Below are positions 58,329 through 64,000 of a DNA stretch of 64,000 nt, piece after piece. Below the pieces are notes generated by a model. That model was not told the origin of the DNA, ran no database searches, and saw only the letters and a list, made by a program, of their open reading frames with translations. Position numbers and translations under genes: made by a program. Numbering within the stretch: the first letter of the stretch is position 1; each line of letters starts with the position of its first letter. The stretch comes from Adineta vaga (lineage: Eukaryota > Animalia > Rotifera): contig CP075497.1 of assembly GCA_021613535.1 (NCBI GenBank), positions 8,432,001 through 8,496,000 of the forward strand. The letters run 5' to 3'.

Positions 58329-59562
58329 TCTTTGAGTATTGAGAAAGTTCTATGCAAAGTCTAAATCGATTTTCTATACATATATACTATACTCAAGGCA
58401 AGGAAGCTTAATTCAGTAGTAGAAGAGCGAGCGAATAACAATTCTATTGATTTGTCAGCTGTAGAGATGTATGAATAAAAACAAGACTGTATTTTTTATA
58501 GATGCCGCTGAAAACTGGTGGTTTGTTTTTTTTACTACGATCTTTTTTCTTTTCCTTTATTTAACAGTCTAGTAACTAGTAAGATACTTACAAATATGAA
58601 GAATAATTTTGAACGTTAGTTTTGAATTTGTATCTGTTCAATCGTTCAGATATGAAGTAGAATAACTCACAAATTGATTTTTGTCGTGCACAAAACTTAT
58701 AGTAGAACACGTGAAGGATATATACAAGGACTGAATTATTATCAGTAATCATCGATTATAAGATTATCTCAACTCTAATTTCTTTGCTTTTTCGATGATT
58801 TCTCTCAATTAAAAAATGTCATCAATGATTTTCGATGCGTTGCGGTTAACAGATGACAACTAATATATCTTGAAGAATTCATACGATTCTTATATTATTT
58901 TTTCATATCAGTATATATTTCATGACAGTCGTTGATTTGAATGCATATCGTCTTTAAATTGATAGACTTGTTACTATACGTATATAAATCTTTACTCTTA
59001 CAATAGCGATATTTATTCAAATTTACACGTTTTCCGTCTTTTTTAAATAAAACTTTGGTCAAGTCGTTATCATGCTACTATAGCAACGAGAAAACATCTA
59101 TGAACGTTTCTTTCCTTATTTAATATTTTTCTATCTATTTTGCACTTCATCGATAATTAAAAATAGAGTGCGCTAGTTCGCAGTACGAAAAAAATCTTCT
59201 TCTTTTCTGCTGGTCAAAACGTCACCATTAACACAAAATAGGAGCTGATGATAATGATTCATCATGAATAGAAAAAGAAGGAATGAGAATGCCCTATGAT
59301 AAAACGTCTATCTACTTTTTTTCACTAGTAGAACATGCTTGATTGATAGATCGCTTACGCCTAAAGGTTGATAAAGACAAGTATCATCAAGCTATATTGT
59401 TCTTTTGTTTCATTACATTTTCTTGCTCTCTCTCTCTCATTTTTTCTAGCTATACCAGATAAAGAACATTAACAGGTGTTGTATTGTGTTTCTAGATAAA
59501 TCAAACAGCACATGGATCTAGATTAATATATTACCAAGTTATACTCAGCAAATTAAAACAAA

Positions 59563-60789
59563 ATGGCCAAAGCCTATGATTATTTATTTAAATTACTTCT
59601 GATTGGTATGTTTACTTTCTTTTTTCGGGATATTTATTTATTTTTTGTTTACTTCAGGTGATAGTGGTGTTGGAAAGGTAGAAAATGAATGATTCGAAAT
59701 AACTTTCTAAATATAAATTTTAGACATGTGTGCTTTTGCGTTTCTGTGATTCAGCATTTAGCACAACTTTTATTTCAACTATTGGTAATTTATCATTTCC
59801 TTTTTGTTTACAATATAGAGTCTCGAATATATATATATATATATGTTTCAAATATAGGAATCGACTTCAAAATTCGAACAATTGATCTTGATGGACGTAA
59901 AATCAAATTACAAATTTGGTAAATAAAGATTACTATACTTTATTATACAGATAAATGTTTGTTTTTCTTCTCTTTGTTTAGGGATACAGCTGGTCAAGTA
60001 AGAATGATGAACTAGTTAATTTATTGAATTAACAAAGAGAAGTTTTTTTAGGAACGATTTAAAACAATCACTACTGCTTATTACCGTGGAGCAATGGTAA
60101 ACCATATAAATAGATATAATTGATGTTTAACTATGTTTTATCTAGGGAATTATGTTAGTTTATGATATAACAAGTGAAAAAAGTTTTGATAATATCAAAA
60201 ATTGGATTCGAAATATTGAAGAAGTAAAGAAATCAAATATGATTGATTGAAATAATGATCAATTTAAATTTATTTTAGCATGCATCAGCCGAAGTAGAAC
60301 GAATGCTTATAGGAAATAAATGCGATATGCAAGATAAACGACAAGTCAGTCGAGAAAAAGGTGAACATGTATGTATAAATTCTTACTGAAATCGAAAAAC
60401 TTCCGTAATCGAATCTTTTCATTTTAGTTGGCCATGGAATATGGAATTAAATTTATGGAAACTAGTGCGAAAGGAAATATTGTAAGTGAAATGAAATGAG
60501 ATTTTTCTTACAAATATACATTATTTATTTATTTAGAATGTAGACGAAGCATTTCTCTCTCTTGCCAAAGATATCAAAGCAAAAATCGACAAAAAAGCGG
60601 TAAATATTTTCTCTTCCCCTCACTCGCTCTCTCTCTCTCTATAGATTTATAGGAGAAACTAATTTGTCTATTTATTAATAGGGTGCAGATCAAACTGGTA
60701 ATCGAGTGGTGTCGGGTGGTATTAGGCCAAAAGCAGATACAAATAAAAAATCTGGTACTTCGTTTTGGTCTCGTTGTTCATTGTTCTAA
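59563..60789 (+). CDS. RAB8: Ras-related protein Rab8 (11 coding exons)
   Basis: [23 protein letters not shown]...[22 protein letters not shown]...[12 protein letters not shown]-terminal CaaX CSLF. Confidence 0.93.
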
Positions 60790-61768
60790 ACAAAAGCCAT
60801 CAAACAAAGAAACTTCTCATATTCTTGATGATCTGTTATTATTATCGAACAGCATGAATATCAATGATGGGTTTCCTTCTTTGCCTTTTTTTTAAATTTA
60901 ATACCGAACAATCATCATCCACTCTGTACATCGTACTCTTTCGTTTTTTTTTCATTATTTCGTTTGTTATTATTCTTGGGTATCTATCTTTTCTTTTCTC
61001 TTTCTCTCTCTCTTTCTTTCTTTCTTTCTTTTTTTCTTATTGTGGAATCAAATAAAACATCCAGGCTTCTATTGATGAACATTGTTGACTTCCGAAGATG
61101 AGCAAATAGACAGATCTACTAGTTCACTCTCTTCCTAATCGCTTCAATACAGCAGCAGATGATTTTATCGTCTTCGTTTTTCGATGTTCGGATGAGCATC
61201 TTTTTCCTCCTCTTCCTCCCCCTCCTCCTCCTCCTCTTCTTCTCCGATTGACGACATCGTAACGAAATCTTTTGAATAAATATATGAATAAATGTGTCCT
61301 CATTCGAAATCTGGCGTGTGTGTTTGTGCTCAATGTACACAAAAGAAAAGGCAAAGAAATAAGAAGGTTCGTACGATGAACTAGTTAATCATACGCAACA
61401 ATCGTTTGTTGAATTAAGTCGACAACGAGAAAAGAGAAATTTTTTTTATAAACAAAAAATTTCGCACAAGAAGGACATTGTTCTATATCAAAATTCATGT
61501 ACCAAGCGGAAAAACGTCTGTCATCCTAATCAATTACAAGTAAGTTTTTGTAGAGAAGATTCAATATGTAGGAGAATACTTACAATAAAGTTTATCAACC
61601 GATAATATTCACTAATTCATTACCGTTAGCAAATACATGTCTCAGGAACAATCTATATTTTGATTTTTAAACTTTCAATGAGATATTACTTGTTATCTAT
61701 GCAGAGCATTATCTTTATTTTATGAATGAACATTAATTTGATAAATATTGTCTATTAAGCATCTTACC

Positions 61769-64000
61769 ATGGTACTTAAAATTGGTTCAGGTGAAATTGA
61801 TGATTTATCTACGTTGAATGTTCTTGATGAAGAAAGTCTTCTACGTGAATTACGGGCTAGATATAAAAAAGGAATTATCTATGTAAGTAAATCGATTCTT
61901 GACTAATCAGTATACTTTCATCTCCTCATAGACATACATTGGAGATGTACTGATTGCCATTAACCCATTTAAACAATTAAATATCTATGAAAAACAGGTT
62001 CGTTATGAAATGACTTGAAGGAAAATAACCTCTCTTTTTTTATTGTCTCTAGCAACATGATCTTTATAAATATGTTCAAAGTCGAAATCAATTGACTCCA
62101 CATATTTTTTGGATTGCTGATCAAGCTTATCGAAAACTTTGTCTATCGAAACAAGCACAATGTATTGCTGTTTCAGGCGAAAGTGGAGCGGGTATGATTG
62201 ATAGCTTTTTTTTATTCTCACTAATTTCGTTTTCGAATAGGAAAAACGGAATCAACGAAACTTATGGTTTCACATATCATTCATTGTTCTGGAGATGCAG
62301 GTGATCGTGAATTACAAAATCGAATTATTGAAGTTTGTATTCGAACAAATAAAGCTTTTGAAAAAATGGTCATTTTTTTTTGTTCATATTGATTTGTAGA
62401 CATCACCATTATTGGAAGCATTTGGTAATGCACAAACGTGTATGAATCAAAATTCCAGTCGTTTTGGAAAGTATCTTCAATTAAATTTTACCGATACGGG
62501 TCGAATTGTTGGAGGTAAATTTACTATGGTAGTAATTGATAAAAATAAAGTGTTGACATTTATCTTCTAGCGAAAGTCTATGATTATTTACTTGAAAAAT
62601 CTCGTATTGTTCAACATGGTCCTGGTGAACGTACATTTCACTTTTTTTATTATCTTTTTGCTGGTTTGGAAAAAGAAGCTTTAGAATATTTCTATCTGGA
62701 TGATCCAGAAACTTATCGGTATTGAAAATTTTGTTTGTTAACAAGAACATCTATCACAACATTCATCTATTTCTAGAATTATGAAAGATTCATGTGGAGG
62801 AAAAGTATTTCCTAGTCGATCAGATTTTAAACATTGTCGACAAATGTTTAATACACATAAAGAAATTATGCGAAGAGTGGGATTTACTGATGAAGTAATG
62901 CATTTCTTTTTTTCAAAGTTAAAATAAGAAAGGAGTAAACACATATATTCATTTAGGATATTAATATGGTATTTACAATACTATCAGCAATACTTCATTT
63001 AACAAATATTCGATTTTCACATGATGATGAAACAGATGGAGTTTATATTGAAGATGAATATCCTTTAGAAGTTGGTAAGTGATTTAATTACGCGTTGTGA
63101 AAAGTAGATGGAATTTATTAATTTGAGTTTATTGCTATTTTTAAAAAATCGAACAATATATATCGAATCTTCTCTGTTTATTTATAGTATGTACTCTTCT
63201 TGCACTTGATCAAGAGATTCTTACAATGGCTCTTATATCAACATTTAGTATAACAAAAGGTATATTATTCTGAATAATCTTAGAAATCTTCTTCAGTTGA
63301 TAAATGATTTTATTAGGTGAACGTGTCATTAGTTTAAAAAATTCTGATCAAGCTAATGATTGTCGTGATGCATTAGCTAAAGCTTTGTATGAACGATTAT
63401 TTTCATGGATTGTTAAACAAATAAATACACTTTTACAACCAAATCGACGGTAAGTTTCTTTAGTTTTTCAAAATATTCCTTTATTCATTTCTTTCTATTT
63501 CATAGACATAATCAAACTGATGATAATATCTATCGTACTTGTTCAATATTAGATATGTCAGGTTTTGAAAATTTCCAAGTGAATAGTTTCGAACAATTGT
63601 GTATCAATGTGGCAAATGAACATCTACAGTATTATTTCAATGAACATATTTTTCTACAAGAAGAACAAGATTATCGAACTGAAGGTGTTCCATGTGAAAA
63701 AGTTGAATTTCAAAATAATGAAGATTTAATTGAATTATTCATGGGTGTAAGTTCTAATTATTTTTTTTTACATTTTTCAATGTTCTATTAAATATTAGAC
63801 ATTGGGAATATTTGCATTGCTTGATGAAGAATCTCGTTTTCCTAAAGCAAATGATGAATCACTCGTACAAAAGTTTCATAGTCATTGTAAAAATCATCCA
63901 CGATATATTAAACCACGAGGCAATGAAACAGCATTTGGTATCCATCATTATGCTGGAAAAGTAAGAGAATAATCTAGAGAAAAACTTTGAATAATAATCA
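61769..64000 (+). CDS. Unconventional myosin motor domain, class III-like but without an N-terminal kinase; runs off the window end
   Basis: [25 protein letters not shown]-loop GESGAGKT, switch [16 protein letters not shown], switch [20 protein letters not shown] and [11 protein letters not shown]. Confidence 0.92.

Overview
AT-rich, gene-dense eukaryotic DNA with many 45-60 nt GT-AG introns. The gene content and style suggest an animal, most likely a bdelloid rotifer (inference). I can support about 22 protein-coding genes: an intermediate filament (partial), a TEP1/NACHT-associated helical protein ending in a PHF5-like zinc knot, an M13 peptidase homologue, an aldolase homologue, FBXO33, a TJAP1/BEGAIN-like protein, an intronless 7TM receptor, Rab10, DLST, an orphan single-TM protein, PIGZ, an RDH13-like SDR, SMEK/PPP4R3, HID1, Rap1GAP, GAS2-like, TRMT10C, an orphan coiled-coil protein, an adhesion GPCR, TBP, Rab8 and a myosin (partial). 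I found no tRNA, rRNA, transposase or CRISPR array. Highlights: (1) a ~760-nt non-coding intergenic segment (19952-20709) with many mutually compatible nested helices, a candidate large structured RNA I cannot assign to a known family; (2) three intact, spliced enzyme homologues that lost catalytic residues (M13 HExxH, aldolase Schiff-base Lys, SDR YxxxK); (3) a PHF5/Rds3-type zinc-knot exon fused to a NACHT-associated domain; (4) several oversized introns containing folded, snoRNA-like elements; (5) spliced N-terminal extensions on the aldolase and Rab10. All splicing and folding was inferred by eye.
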